Made by a program: the position numbers and the translations under genes. Shown here piece by piece: positions 1 through 13,453 of a stretch of DNA of 64,000 nucleotides. The stretch is taken from assembly GCF_009914755.1 (NCBI RefSeq), contig NC_060926.1; one strand, 5' to 3'. The notes beneath the pieces were generated by a model. The model saw nothing but the letters and a program-made list of their open reading frames with translations. It was not told where the DNA came from and ran no database searches. The DNA is from the human T2T-CHM13v2.0 reference genome, Homo sapiens. Position 1 is the first letter of the stretch. Every line of letters begins with the position of its first letter.

Positions 1-1684
1 TTGTTGGCGGATTACACAATTCAATATGGGTAATGTGCTTACATAGTGCCTGACACATAGTAAGTGTTACAAAGTTTAATTAAACCAGTGTCTTTTTTCA
101 AGTGTAATGTTGAAGACTTTGCAGATTTAGAACCACAGGAGTTGGTAGAACTCCTAGGGCTCAGAGGGAGCCAACTCCCTCGTTGCACACAAGAGGAAAC
201 AGGCCCAGATGGTTGAATCCCTCTCCCAGCATCTCACAGCCAGTAAGTGGCATGATTGGAACCTGGACTCATGCACACTGAGCCTGCTCCTCCTTCCCAC
301 GCCCTACAGGACACGATTAGAAAGTAGAGCGAGTTCCAGACCTGGCGCTGGAGTCCAAGCTGCCCACACAGGTGTGAGCGCCTGCTCTTCATTCTCAGTA
401 GGATGGGAGGAACCTACTAGCAAACTCTCCAGAGATTTCCCCTCTGCCCTGAGATCTAGTCTCTAAGTTGGTCCTTCTTGACCGCTGAGGCAAGAATCAG
501 GTCACATTAGCTGCAGTTACTCCTTAGGGAAAGGAATAATCAAGGAGTTGGGGTTTGGGAGGAGAGAGCAGCATAGGAGGGCCCCTTCCCAGGGGAGTAT
601 TTTGCCAGCTCCCCGTTATCCCTCAAATGCTCTGCAGTGAGGATAAGGAAGTGAGAGGTCTCTGATGCCCTGGTGTGGCCATCCTTTTGTGTGGGTTTTA
701 TGTTCTTGCTCTTTGTGCCCATGAGTTCTGACTCTTGTTGCATCTTGTGGCAATTCCAAATAAGCCCTCCCAGATTCCCGCAGGGATCTAGTCTTTCTAT
801 TCTTTTGCTAAGGGGCTGGTGGGGTGAAGGGATCTATTGCCCCAGTTGCCCTTCAGGGGAGAGGGAGGCCTTTAACTCCTCATAACATCTCATGTTGCAA
901 AATGCATTGCTTCGATGGAAATATTGGTTTTGAGCAAATTTGGACTCCAGATGACCAAGGTTCTGTTTGGGTTTGACGGTAATAAAAGGAAGATACAGGT
1001 ATACCAGGATGCATCCTACACATCCTGCAAGGTGAAATCCACCTTCCTCTCACTGGTTGTCTCAGCCGCCTTGGCTGGGTTTGCACTGCTCATTAACATT
1101 GGGTGTGCCTCTCTCTGCCTCCCTAACCACATGCAGATCCTGGCCTCAGTGTCTGCCTTTCTGCATCTCTCTGAGCACCTTGCCTAGTATCTGCCACATA
1201 TGGTGCACATAGTGGATGATGATTGACTGATCACTCAATATATTGTTTTCTATAAAAGAATGAAAGAAGATCATTTCCTCTTCTGGTCATTTCCTTTAAA
1301 GAATATATGTACTCTTTAAATGTTCCTTAGTTTTCGTATTATTGGCTCATACACAGAACACAGCCTTGCTGAAACTAAAATAATAACAACAATAATAATA
1401 GCATCTTTCATCGGCTGAATACCTATTATGAGCCCAACACTGTGTGCACATCATGTGTGTGCTTTACACACATCATCCTAATCCTCACAGCTTTGCTACC
1501 AGGGTCTTCCAAAGAAGGGAAGCCCAATGCCCCTAGGCACACTACTGTTCAATAGTGGAAGAACTGGAACCCAATACCGGGCATTCTGACTCTGTTCCAA
1601 TGTCCTCCCCATTAAATCCCAAAGGTCCCAGCCCAGCAGCCAATTCTCCTCTATCCTGTCCCATTTTTTGTATGAAGAAACTAA

Positions 1685-1970
1685 GGCTGGGTGTGTTGGC
1701 TTGCACCTGTAATCCCAGCACTTTTGGGAGGCCAAGGCGGGAAGATCACTTGAGGTCAGGAGTTTGAGACCAGCCTGGTAAACACGGTGAAACCCGGTCT
1801 CTACTAAAAATACAAAAATTAGCTGGGCGCAGTGGCACATGCCTGTAATCCCAGCTACTCAGGAGGCTGAGGGAGGAGAATCGCTTGAACCTGGGAGGCA
1901 GAGGAAGTTACAGTGAGCCAAGATCGTGCCATTGCACTCTGGCCTGGGCAACAGAGCGAGACTCTGTTTC

Positions 1971-2000
<30 letters not shown>
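1685..2000 (+). mobile_element. Alu (AluS-like), full length
   Basis: Dimeric Alu with A/GAAAA tail; target-site duplication (TSD) AAGAAACTAA at 1675-1684 and 2001-2010. Confidence 0.95.
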
Positions 2001-2002
<2 letters not shown>

Positions 2003-2404
2003 GAAACTAAAGCTTTGAAAAGATTAAAAATCCTTTGCCCGAGACCAGGTCCCACATGTAGTGAACTGCAGAACTGATATTCAATCCCAGACCCATCCAA
2101 CCCCAAAGCTCACACTCTCCACCACAGCATAGCATCCTTACTTCTCTACATGATGCATTTCCTTTGTTTGTTTCTTAGTCTGCAACCAGATCTTATCCTA
2201 TAACTGTGGTGGCAGAGATGGGATCATGTGGGGCTCATATAATTTGGGGAGAAGTTAAAGATATTGCAGTAACGCAGGACAGGAATACATTTAGGAGAAC
2301 ATGTTAGAGTTGGTAGGAAGCTTCCTCTCCTCCAGAAAACAGAAGCCCCACCTTCTTAGGCAATGATCCTGAACTTGTTCATTTCTGACAAATGTGTTCC
2401 ACTT

Positions 2405-2672
2405 CTTTTTTTTTCTTTTATTTTTATTGACACATAACAATTGTACGTATTTGTGGGATACAGATGATATTTTGATACCTGTAAATAATGTGTAATGATC
2501 AAATCAGGGTAATTAGCATATTCATTTCCTCATTTATCCCTGTGTTGGGAACATTCAAAATCCTCTCTTTTAGCTATTTGAAATATACAATAAATTATGG
2601 TTAACAATACTCACCCTCCAGTGCCATAGAACACTAGAACTTATTCCTCCTATCTAGCTGTAATTTTGTATC
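2405..2672 (-). mobile_element. L1MA-like 3' end fragment
   Basis: T-rich tail then ttattgacacataacaattgtacgtatt...tatgtgtaatgatcaaatcagggtaattag-like sequence typical of antisense L1M 3' UTR. Confidence 0.7.
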
Positions 2673-3401
2673 AAATGTGTTCAACTTCTGCAGATAGAAC
2701 ATGCCTGGCTCTGGCTGCCATTGCTGTCACCAGCTGTGCTATAATAGCTCTCTCCCCACGATTCCAGACCTGGTGGCCAATGGCATTCCAGTAGGGTTCT
2801 AATTGAGATGCAGCCAGGCTCAGTGTTCTCATCATTGTCACCATGACGCTGTGAAATGAGTTGGGTGCAGGGTGAAATGAGAATCGATCTTGGATAGACC
2901 ACTTTATTCTGGAGGAGGTAGGGAGATCAAATAAGTTTTAGAACCAGTTGTGAAATCTGCTGTTCTACCCACTTCAGTTGGAGCGAGTGAAGACAGTACG
3001 AAGGGAGTGGTCTCATTCTAGCTTTCCCCACAGCAACCAAGCTACTACCAAGCACCTTCAAAGATCCTCACCACTTGCCTAGTTTCAAATTCAGTGCCAT
3101 TTAAAATTAATAAAAACAATCTTTCCAGTCTAGCAGACTGGCTCTAAATGGAAACTCACCACAATTTCCAAAGTGTAATTTGTTATTGACATCCTAGTTT
3201 CATAACAAAGAGTAATAGGTTGGTGGTTCAATATTTACCAGGAAGAGAAGTACTAGAATAATCCCCTACCCAAAATCAAAATGCCATTGACCCGATTTAT
3301 AGTGCAAATGGTGTATTAGACAGAAATAAAAAGAGACTTCATTTGATTTTAAAGTCTGAGTAATCAGTAAGTACCCTTCAGGGTCTGTGACATTTCCAAT
3401 G

Positions 3402-3576
3402 GAGATAGAAATAGGGATAGAGAGACCAGAGATAGATACTTAAACTTACTTATAGGTACAGAGATGGAAATAGAGAAACAGATATGATCTAGATGTAGTT
3501 GTATAGACATAGACTTATGCATAGACATAGGGATAGAGATAGAAATATGAGAAAGGGAGAAAGAGAAGAGAGAGAT
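3402..3576 (+). repeat. Degenerate purine-rich hexamer repeat (ATAGAG-like)
   Basis: Recurring atagaa/ataggg/atagac/atagag units grading into a GA-rich tract. Confidence 0.7.
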
Positions 3577-3963
3577 TCACCCTTCGAAGTTTGATCCTGT
3601 AATTAGGACATTAGATACAAAGGGAATGGTAGGTGCTTTGGTCAATGACAAATCCAAAGTCATGAAAGTAACATCCCTTCTTTTTTAAAAATTTTACTTC
3701 CAGAATCAGAAAAACTAAATAAAATATTATAGCTAAATGAAATGTTGAAGCTTATCTGATTTATCCGTCATTTTATATCCAGGGAAACGAAAGTCCCAAG
3801 AGACAAGATGACGTGACCTTAGTCACACCCAGATACTCTGTCACTCAACCAGCATCTTTTCCTCTGCAGTAAATTGCTTCCTTTACCCATCCGAATATAG
3901 TAGCACTTATAAAGCACCTACAGCATACCAGAGCCTTATTCGAGAGCAGTAAGGATACAATGA

Positions 3964-4351
<388 letters not shown>

Positions 4352-5259
4352 GGTGAGCATTCTAATGTGAAGGAGATCTGGAAGGTAAGGAGGTTGGATT
4401 TCTACTGCCTCATTCTCATTTTTTATAAAAAAGCAGAACTTCTCTGGGAGTTCATGACCTTTCTGGGGCAGTCTGTGTAAACAGAGAGATCTGGCCTAAG
4501 ACATAAGTGAAAATTGCTTATCTTGTCCCGGGAGGCGAAAGCCCCTTCTCTAGAAATTTAGTTCAAGAGTAATTTTATTCTCAAATAGATGTAATTATAC
4601 GAGAATCACAGGCTAATAATGGCTACCTTTTGTAATAAAGACTGTAATGTTGAAGAAGCAGTGATGATAGAAAATGGAAGTTGTCACCCAGAGGACAAGG
4701 GATGGGGCAGCTCTGAGAAGCAACCTTAGGATCTGTGAGAACCCTTTGAGGGTGGGGGTGGGCGAGGGTGTCCTTAACCTCCTTCTGGAGAGCCTACATG
4801 TGGAAGGAGCTCATGTGTCAGGCTGCACCTACCTTTGGCTTATCACATCTGCTTGAGGGCAGAGACCAGACCTTCTATCTTCTTATGCGTGGTTGCCTCT
4901 CCTCACTCTCCCTCCTGCCCTCACAAAGCTCAGCATGGAGCCCAGCACCAGTTGGGCTTCTGTGAGTATCTGTTGAATGAAAACTTTGGCAGAAAACAGT
5001 TTTTGGACTCACCATTTCTAATTAAGGGAAAATGTCTCTCGTCTTCCCATCCATGTGACTAAAGTGCAAGTGCTGCTCTGGGCTGATTCATCTCCTCATG
5101 AGTCATCTGCTTAAGTAGTAATGCGAATGGGCTTGCAGGCCAAGTGGTGAGCCTTCTGCAGCACAGCCGGCTTCAGGCAGCTTCCAGAGCACATTTCAAC
5201 CCTTCTACTGGTCAGTGGGTAGATTTGCCCTGTCTCTCAAGGCCTCGAAACGATCTGTT

Positions 5260-5270
5260 TGCTGAGTCAC
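5260..5270 (+). promoter_or_regulatory. NF-E2/NRF2-MAF (ARE) / AP-1 consensus TGCTGAGTCAC
   Basis: Exact TGCTGAGTCAY match; second AP-1 site TGAGTCA at 5099-5105. Confidence 0.35.
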
Positions 5271-7993
5271 TTGTTCATTTAGCAGACATTTACTGAGCAC
5301 CTACTGTGTGCCTGGCCCTGTACCAGGCACCAGAGATTACAGCAATGGCAAAACCAGGTCATTCTCGGCCCCGTTTAGCTTACAGTCTACTAGGGAAAAA
5401 GGGCACGAATCCACAATCCTGTGAACATTTCTTCACAATTGTAACAAATGTTCCCTACAGTGACATGCATGTGTGTAACAGGGGTCTGACCCAGACCAAA
5501 TCAAGGTTTAAAGAAGGAACAGGGGTTCACTGGGCCAAGGTCAGCAAAGGAACTTTCAGACCACAGCAGCAGCACGGCAATGGTCCCATGACTGTGGCAG
5601 GGGAGGGAGAGCCAGCAAGGCCCCAGGGAGTGAAAGCGGCCCCGGGACAAGGGAGCTGGGGGACCAGAAGCTGGACACAGAGGTGGGGACCAGACACAGA
5701 AAGGTCTCTGAGGCCTGGAAACAGTCTCGTTCCTTCTTCTGAGAACAATTAGATGCTATTGTCGGGTGTGGGAAGGAAACTTGACCAAACATGGGTGTGC
5801 AAATTTCCCCTGGAGCTGTGGTGACGATGGATGGAAGGGCCTCAGTGTAGGGAAAGTTAGGAAGCAATGAATGTACCACTACAATGGGGTCCTATTCCTG
5901 GGGGAGGCCTCATGGATGTGAAGAGCTGAAAGCCAAAACCAAATATCAAATGACCTCTCAAAGGCATATGGTCAGCATCTAAGGGCACATGAGACCCCAA
6001 CACTAACCTTCTGCCCATCGGCAGGAGGTCTGCTGGAAAGGCCCGACCACCCCACGTGAAGGCCTCAGCCCCCAGGACAAGGAGTTAGAGGTGAGCTCAT
6101 CTGAACAGCTCCTGTCCTTGGTGGTTCCCACAGAAGGTAGACAAGCCCAGTAGGCCTAAAGCAAAGAGCAGCCTGACAGTGCACGAGGGGCCCCTTAGGG
6201 AGCCTCTGAGATACAGTGTAGCCAAGGAAGGTCAAGACCCCGGAAGAGACAGGCCGAGGGTCTGTCTGCAGGGCTGGTGTGGGAGGAGAAGGAGACTGCA
6301 GTTGGTGCTGGGAAGAGCCAAGGCTTTGACTCAGATGGCACTGAGTTTGATCCTCCTGCACCCCTTAGTGATGTGACCTCATGCCAGTTACTTACCCCAG
6401 AAAAATGACCCTCCTGCAAGTCCTACCCTTGCTGAAAGAATCAGCTGGGGTGGCCTGTGAGAAGGACCTGCTTAGAGCCTTGTTCCACGAGACACACTCA
6501 TGAAACAATAACTACTGTCTCAGTAGCAGGGCCTGAAGAGGTAGGTACAAGACCAGGTCATCCAGAACAGGCTAGAAGCCACTAGCTAATTCCAGCAGGG
6601 TAAGGGGAGATAACCTTGGAGGTTGAGCAACTGTATTTCAGGGTGATTGTATTTGTATATTCATAGGCCAGGCAAAATAGGCCTTTGAAATTTGAGAACA
6701 AAAGAAACAAAACTGACCCAAGTGAGGGTGTTTTAAAAGCAACTATGTCTTCTGCGGGATTGGATGGCAGACCTCTCCAAGACTGTGAGCAGCGGAGCAG
6801 TCCAAGAATACTCTTCTGGTTTTTTGAAGCCCTATTTCCTATCAAGAGCTCTATTTCCAGCAGACTAATGGGCAGAAATCTATTCTGAGGTCTGAGGGCT
6901 GCCCAGTGTTAGCCAGGAGCTGGGCCTTGGGCAGAGCCCTGGAGAGAGGCATCCTCCGAAGTAGCCTTGCTGCCACCCCTCCTGACACAGCACATCAGCT
7001 GTTGCATGGGCAGGGGTGAGTCCTGGCCAAGGCCTTGCTTGTGCCCACCCCACCCCCACCCAAAGGTTGGGCTGGAGAACTTCTTGGGGAGCTGCCTCCT
7101 CCATCACATTGAGGCAGTGAACCAGGGATCTTTGGAGGGGAGAGATTCATGTGGGAAATGCTGCAATATTTTCTCTGGAAGGATAAGCTATCCAGGCAGC
7201 AATGGTGCTGGGGAGGGCTGGGATAGGGGTGCAGAGGAAATGTGTCACTGGAGAGAGGCACAGTGTTTGTAGATCATCACTCAGCCTTTCTGTGCCCACG
7301 CTGGGTGGGGCCCTGGAGGCCCAGAGGCTAATGTGTCTGGTTCTCATGCACCACCTCTTAGAGGAAACAAACATTTTGATATTCACAACTAGATAGATTA
7401 CTGAAAAGAAAGAAATGCAGAGTGGGGCCCACTGTCTGTAGAAAAAGCTCCTGCCCTGGCCAGGAGGAAGCTGGTTAAACCATGCAAAGACTCCTGTTGT
7501 CTGCCTGGGGAAAGAAAAGACCTCAAGTGTTTCCTGGGGTTTTCTTCTGCAGGTTGTTCGGTTCAGGGACAGGGTATGGAGTACAACCGGGAGCGTCAAG
7601 GTCTGTGTAATCCCAAGAAGTCTCAGACTCTGAAACTCTAGGCTATGATGAAGAACAATGAATTGTCAGCAGCCTGTATATTAGGATGGGGGGAAAGGAC
7701 CACATGCGAATATTTTAAAGCTTCAAACTGACAATATCATGTCCATTACTTTTGTTTGCAGCTCCATACACTTGTAATTTATCACAGTAAAATTTTATAC
7801 TTCTTTATATGGTGGTTTGATTAATGCCTATTTTCCCCCACTCCTTAATGCTCTATGTCTTTCTTCTATTTTATTGCCAGCACCTAACACTGTCCTTGAC
7901 ACATAGCAGCTGCTCTCAATGTTGAGTTAAAGAATGAGTCAGAAAATAACTCAGTTAGAATCTCAGTAATTTCCTTGCAGTACATATGTGCTG

Positions 7994-8006
7994 CCAGAAG
8001 GTGGCG
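7994..8006 (+). promoter_or_regulatory. CTCF-like motif CCAGAAGGTGGCG
   Basis: Close match to CTCF core; motif match only. Confidence 0.45.
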
Positions 8007-11000
8007 AAAATACTCAGAGCAGAGAATTTCAAGCTTCAGAGGCAATGGATGCTAAGAATTACATAATGCAACACATTTGGTTGCTTCATCAAATGTGGAG
8101 TTAAGTTTATTTCCTCGGCTAACACTTGATTAAGATAAATCTCAAGGTGTGGCAGAAACGGTCAGACAGATTTGCATTCAAATCCAGCCTCTGCTGCAGA
8201 CAGCCAGGAATCTTAGGCAAATGCCTTTGACCTTTCTAGGCTTCCACTTCCTCATCCACAAAATGGAAAGTACAATGTCAGATTTTGTTATGAAAATTAA
8301 GTGAGAGAACACTAATACACATACACACACACATATACATATACATATGAGTGTGTATATACATTTTTAATTTTTCAACCTCAAAGTTCTTTGTATCTGT
8401 CATATTATTTATAGATTATTACTGCCATCGAATATTACTTCCATGTCAAAATTTAATACAAGAATTGAAACAAAATACATTGAGTTAAAAAGAAATTGAA
8501 CAAGAGTACGCAAAAAAAGAAAAATACTGTGCTTTTCAGGCCCTGTTGTCCTCCAGGAGAAGTAAATCTGAGTTCAAGACCCTGAATTCTTCCTAAGAAA
8601 TTGAAGGGAATGCAGCTTCATTTCTCTGTGATGATCCATCTAGAGTTGAATTATTTTGTCAAAATAAGGAGCATGTCCCTAGTTAGAAAAACTCAAAGCA
8701 CTCAGAACATGATAGGATAAATTTCCTAAAGGAAACAACCCCTCCAGAAATTTGAAGGCTCTTGAGCACACACTCAGTTCTAAAGTAAACATGTTGGTTG
8801 TAAAAGTCAGTATATAGACCTTCTGCAAGACACATGTAACTTTTATAGCTCAAAATTTACAATTGATTTTTCTCTCAAGGTTTTTTAGACCTAAATTAAT
8901 TTTTAATATACTGACCCAAGGTGCCCAGTTATTTTTAGATAAAACTGTCAACTATCCCTTAACCTAAAAGTAGGCTGTGAGACATAAGATAGTTAAAGCA
9001 TTACAGTGCCAGAAACCTACACGAATGGAGGTTTCGTGCCCACTGGTCTCATGCCAACTGCACATAGAAATGCTGGCGGGTAAACAGCACTAAGGGGACT
9101 TGGGAACCTGTCCAGGGGCTCGCTCTGCTCCACTCCAAGTCAGTTCACAGGTGCCAGCTCCACCCAGGCCCCTAATCACAAGGCAGATGAACACATCAGC
9201 CAAAGTACCCTCTAGAAAGGGACCAGGACCACTCATGCATAAGGCACAGGAGGAGCAAACTTGCCTATTTAGAAGTTTTCAGATTCAACATTGTTTAGTT
9301 CAAAACTCAGCGCCTGGCAGCCTGTCCTCAGGTACCAAGCACCTAAGTAGCATTGGGGGGTGAGGGGCTGGGGTCATGCTGAGCTGTTCAAAGAAGAAGG
9401 AAAGTCCTTCCCTCTACAACTCCCTCCTTGAAACTAACAGCTCATTTACTGAGCTTTAGTAATACTTTGCCCTCTCCTCTGTTCTAGTTCTTATCAAGTA
9501 ACATGACCAAGTCAATTTTGAGTAAAGTCCCCCCATTAACTGTGCAGTCTCGGAACACAGAGACCTCGAGGTATTGCTCTCTGAGTCCATAGCACCCAAG
9601 ACGAGGCCCGACATGAATAAGAACGCAGTGAATTCTGACGAATAATGAAAAATGAAGGATAAGAGAAGTGAAAGATATGTTTAGGGAATGAGGGAACATA
9701 AGAGAACATTGTCCTTTGTAACCAGGAAAAGATATGTTTGATGAAAAAAAGAAATGGGTCTCAAATGTTTATTTCGTGAGATAATAAAATGATTGTTGTC
9801 ATTTTAAGCCACTAGCTTTTGGGGTGATTTGTTATATAGGAATAGTCTCTGGAACAGATCATTGTGCCTAGCAATGGGTACTACCAAAATATAAGTAATG
9901 GGTACTTTCCTTCTCCTGGAATGCTTGGCTGTTCCCTGGGCCCCATGTATAGAATCCTTCTGTGTTAAAGCATATCTTATGTCTGGAGGGAAATTTTCTA
10001 CCTTCCAATGTGCTTCTAGGTGCAGGAGGAGTGGGCAGCAGAGCTCTGCAGGACCCAGGTCAGGATGCACAGTGAGAAAGACGGACCGAGGGCTCCTCGA
10101 GGTAGATAGCCCAGAGTGGGCAAAGAGGCCATCTGTATGAAGGCTGCTCACCTGGTCCACTTAGCAGGTGCAAAACTTACGAAGGAAAAGGGATATCAAT
10201 GAGCAACCTCAGTAATCTTCTATAGACCTTGTAGTGCTTGCCTATAGAGCCCAGAACCCAGATTTATTCATCCAGAAATACATACGTAACTTCTCTGCTT
10301 TAAAATAGCACATGGTTTGTTTTTGGTTGTATTTGGGGCTTTGCAGTTCTTCCTTGTTAATTATCAGAACTACCTGCTGTTTGTGACTGGCCTAGGCTTA
10401 TGTCCAAGGGGACTGAGGCCACCACCTACTGATTCCCCATGGCCTTCCCTCCTTGTGGTCTATGCTTCCCTTTCCTCCTTGTGTCCATTCTCTGCCTCCC
10501 ACACACCCCTGGTGACAGTTGGCTCTGTGAAGAAACCTCTTTATGTCTCTCAAAAATAAGCCCAGTCATGTTCTATTTTTAATGAGTTTTAAATGTCTGT
10601 TCTGCAAAAGAAAAGTCCCTGCAAAAAGAAGTTAGAAACTGGAACCTCACCCAGGGAGGGGATAAGTGTGGGCCCAGGACGAGGGCTGGTGGCAGGAGAA
10701 ACCAGGTCTGGGCACCCTCCCTCTGGCCCTACTGGGCAGCGATGAAGCCAGATTCTCATATCTAGAGGAACATTGAAGTTCGTGTAGCACCACCTGTGTG
10801 GGGAGAGAAACTGCTGTCTGCCTCAGTCCTGTTCCTGGGGGGAGTGAGCTGAGATGCTGCAACACTAGCATCAGGTGGTGCTTGTTGACCGATTCCAAGC
10901 CCCATCAACTGAAAGCCACATGTCACCAGCCTCACCCACAGGAAACAATGAGATGCCTGTACCTGAGCACCTGCTGTGAGAAAGCCTCCCCTAATGCCTG

Positions 11001-11152
11001 CCCTTGCCCTTGACAGTCAGGCCAAACTGCTCTCCAATGGGTGAGGCTCCGACAACGCCCAGGAGCACCTGTGATGCCGTCATTAGGAACCTACCTCGTC
11101 GCCCCGATTCCATCCCCTCCCGACACCTGACTGCGCGTGTTCTCCTTTGCAG

Positions 11153-11368
11153 TTCTTTCCTTATGGAGACGCCTCCAAGTTTGCCCAGCATGCCTTCCGA
11201 ACCTTCGACAAGAATGGGGACGGCACCATTGACTTCCGAGAGTTCATCTGCGCTCTGTCCATCACCTCCAGGGGCAGCTTTGAGCAGAAGCTGAACTGGG
11301 CCTTCAATATGTATGACCTGGATGGTGATGGCAAGATCACCCGAGTGGAGATGCTGGAGATCATCGAG
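11153..11368 (+). CDS. VSNL1: VSNL1 penultimate coding exon (EF-hands 2 and 3), 216 nt, phase 0/0
   Basis: Acceptor ttctcctttgcAG (11151-52), donor GAG|GTGAGG (11369). Translates [72 protein letters not shown], with two EF-hand loops ([24 protein letters not shown]) matching VILIP-1. Confidence 0.97.
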
Positions 11369-12937
11369 GTGAGGCCCGGGGTGTGGTTGGCGGGTGGTGG
11401 GCACAGAAGGAGACCCCACGGCAGCCTCCTAGGTGCAGGCCTTAGTGGCTTCTTCTCTCTCTGCTCGAGCCCTGCCAGCTGCACACCACGCCTGGACTTC
11501 TCCTGCTTCTGTCCCCGCTGCAGCACAGTGCTGGGGAGGTCCCAGAACCAAGCCATGGGGCCCGTACTGTCGTGACGGTGGCATTGTCATCTGCCATTCA
11601 CTCACTACTGGATCTCCCACGAACCTGTCTTACTGTGCACACAGGATGTCATGGGCTGTTTCTCTGGCACTTGGTGTATCTCTGCTCTGCCTCACTCCAG
11701 CTGCGCCTAGTGGGGACCCGAGGCTGTCAGGGGCTCCCGGGACATCCTTCCAGGTTCTGGTCATTCCACAGCAAGCAGGCTTTGCCCATTGTGTTTGTGA
11801 GTAACCCAGGATTCCTCTGCCACGCCACCCACTGCGTACTGCATTCCCAATGTGAAGGTCTTCTTGGTTTTCTTCTAATGCCCGGTTCCACTTCAGGGCC
11901 TTCCACTTCCTCTCTCTCTGCCCAGCATGCCCTCCCCTGGCCTCTGGGGGCTCCTCCCTCACTTTGCTCCCATCTCTGGTCTTATCCCATCTCCCAGAGA
12001 GGTCTTCCTTCCTGCATACCTTCCCAAATATGCCCACTCCACCCTCACACCAAAGCAATCTAACCCTTACCAAGAGGGGTTTTGTCCCAACATTTGTCCC
12101 TGCCCCAGATTAACTTGTTGAGTGGAATATATGGCAGAATGCAAGCTCTCTGAGGAGGCTCTGCCCTCACGGCTGCATGCCCAGAACCCAGACCCAGCCT
12201 GGAGCCTGGCAGGCATGCAATAGCAGATGCATGGTTCGGTAGCTTTCCTTTGATTGACTGTCTTAGCATGGGTTCCCACCCCTGCACCAGCCACTCTGAC
12301 CAAGGAGAGAAAGGTATCACTTGCTGAAGGTAGAGCCAGGTGCTCCATCCTGGAGCTGGGGGGATGCCCCATCCAGACACCAAGAGCTGAGATCAGGCAG
12401 GGTGGATCCCCACAAGAAAATGGGATGATTGCAAGAAACAGAAGCCAAAGCCCCAAGTTCCCCTCAGGACTCTCACTCTCCTCCCAGCCTCAGAGAGAAG
12501 TCACCCATCAACTCCCTGCCTGGGAAGCTGGCCTCGTTCACTTGCACACCCTCTCATTCCACATCTTCAGTCTCTTCTTCTCCGTTGGCTTCTCCCCTTC
12601 TATCTTCAATGCCCACTCCCTTTCAAATATACCCAGCAAACTAACATCTTAGTTCTTTACTTGTGTTCCCTTCATTCAATTGAATATATATTTTTTCCAG
12701 CAGGTTATCAGAAAAGATACAGCACAATAATTCTGAACATGTGGCTTGATTTTCTCATCTTTCTCACTCTTTAATCTTTTGTCCATCTTCCACACTTAAC
12801 TTGGCTCCCTCCAAGGTCTCTCTATAAGCTCCCTACAGAGTAGGTTTTTCCAAGTTTTTTCTCCTCTTTGACTTCTTGTCATTTCCCCTCATTGGCCACC
12901 AAAACCCTTCCTCTCCAAAACTTTTCTCTCTAATCCT

Positions 12938-13453
12938 TGTCAATGCCCTTCAGCCAAAGTCCCCAAGGACATACCCACACTTACACAAGTTGACTTTATT
13001 ACTGCTTGCAGTGAGGGAATCTTGGGGCAATTCAGCAGGAGGGTGTTAGAAAGGACTTCTAGGATCTGGACTTTGGGAGGGTGATTTGGGGAGGGTTCGG
13101 AGAAGCAGAGGTTTACTGTGGATTGGTTACTGTCAGGGAGTGGGGACACTTCTATGATTAGATACCTAGGAGGAGGGCACACAGACCAATGCAATGCTCT
13201 TAACGGGTGAAGAAGCAGTGGTCACTCACCATAGCAGGAAGCAGGGATGCTTGGTGTTTTGTGTCTGTGTTCAGACTTAATGACAGAGTGGTCTTGTTTT
13301 TGCCTTGCTCCATCATGGTCACTGGCATTTTGTGACATTGGTTATGTTTGGTGTGAGACCTGACTGTGAGGGCTGGGCCAGCTCCCGGCAGCACCAAGGC
13401 CCGGTGGGCAGTCCGGGCCATTTCCTGGCTGTCAGCGGCTGCTTTTCTTTCTC
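12938..13453 (-). mobile_element. Solo LTR, ERVL class (LTR47/MER73-like)
   Basis: Reverse complement begins agagaaagaaaagcagccgctgacagccagg...gaccatgatggagcaaggcaaaaacaagaccactc, resembling my recollection of LTR47-family consensus. Confidence 0.5.

Noticed and set aside
5306-7599. Cluster of overlapping 60-150 aa ORFs in the VSNL1 intron
   Set aside because: Expected in GC-richer DNA; no recognisable domain or consistent exon structure.
10991-11556. Minus-strand ORFs of 142 and 131 aa over the VSNL1 exon
   Set aside because: Antisense shadows of a GC-rich coding exon; no independent coding features.
11369-11575. ORF-track extension of VSNL1 past ...MLEIIE
   Set aside because: Read-through of the GTGAGG donor into intron; the real frame continues at 16939.
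13388-13408. Possible REST/RE1 site ggCAGCACCaaGGcccg in a neuronal gene
   Set aside because: Left half matches but the GGACAG right half does not; lies within a probable LTR.
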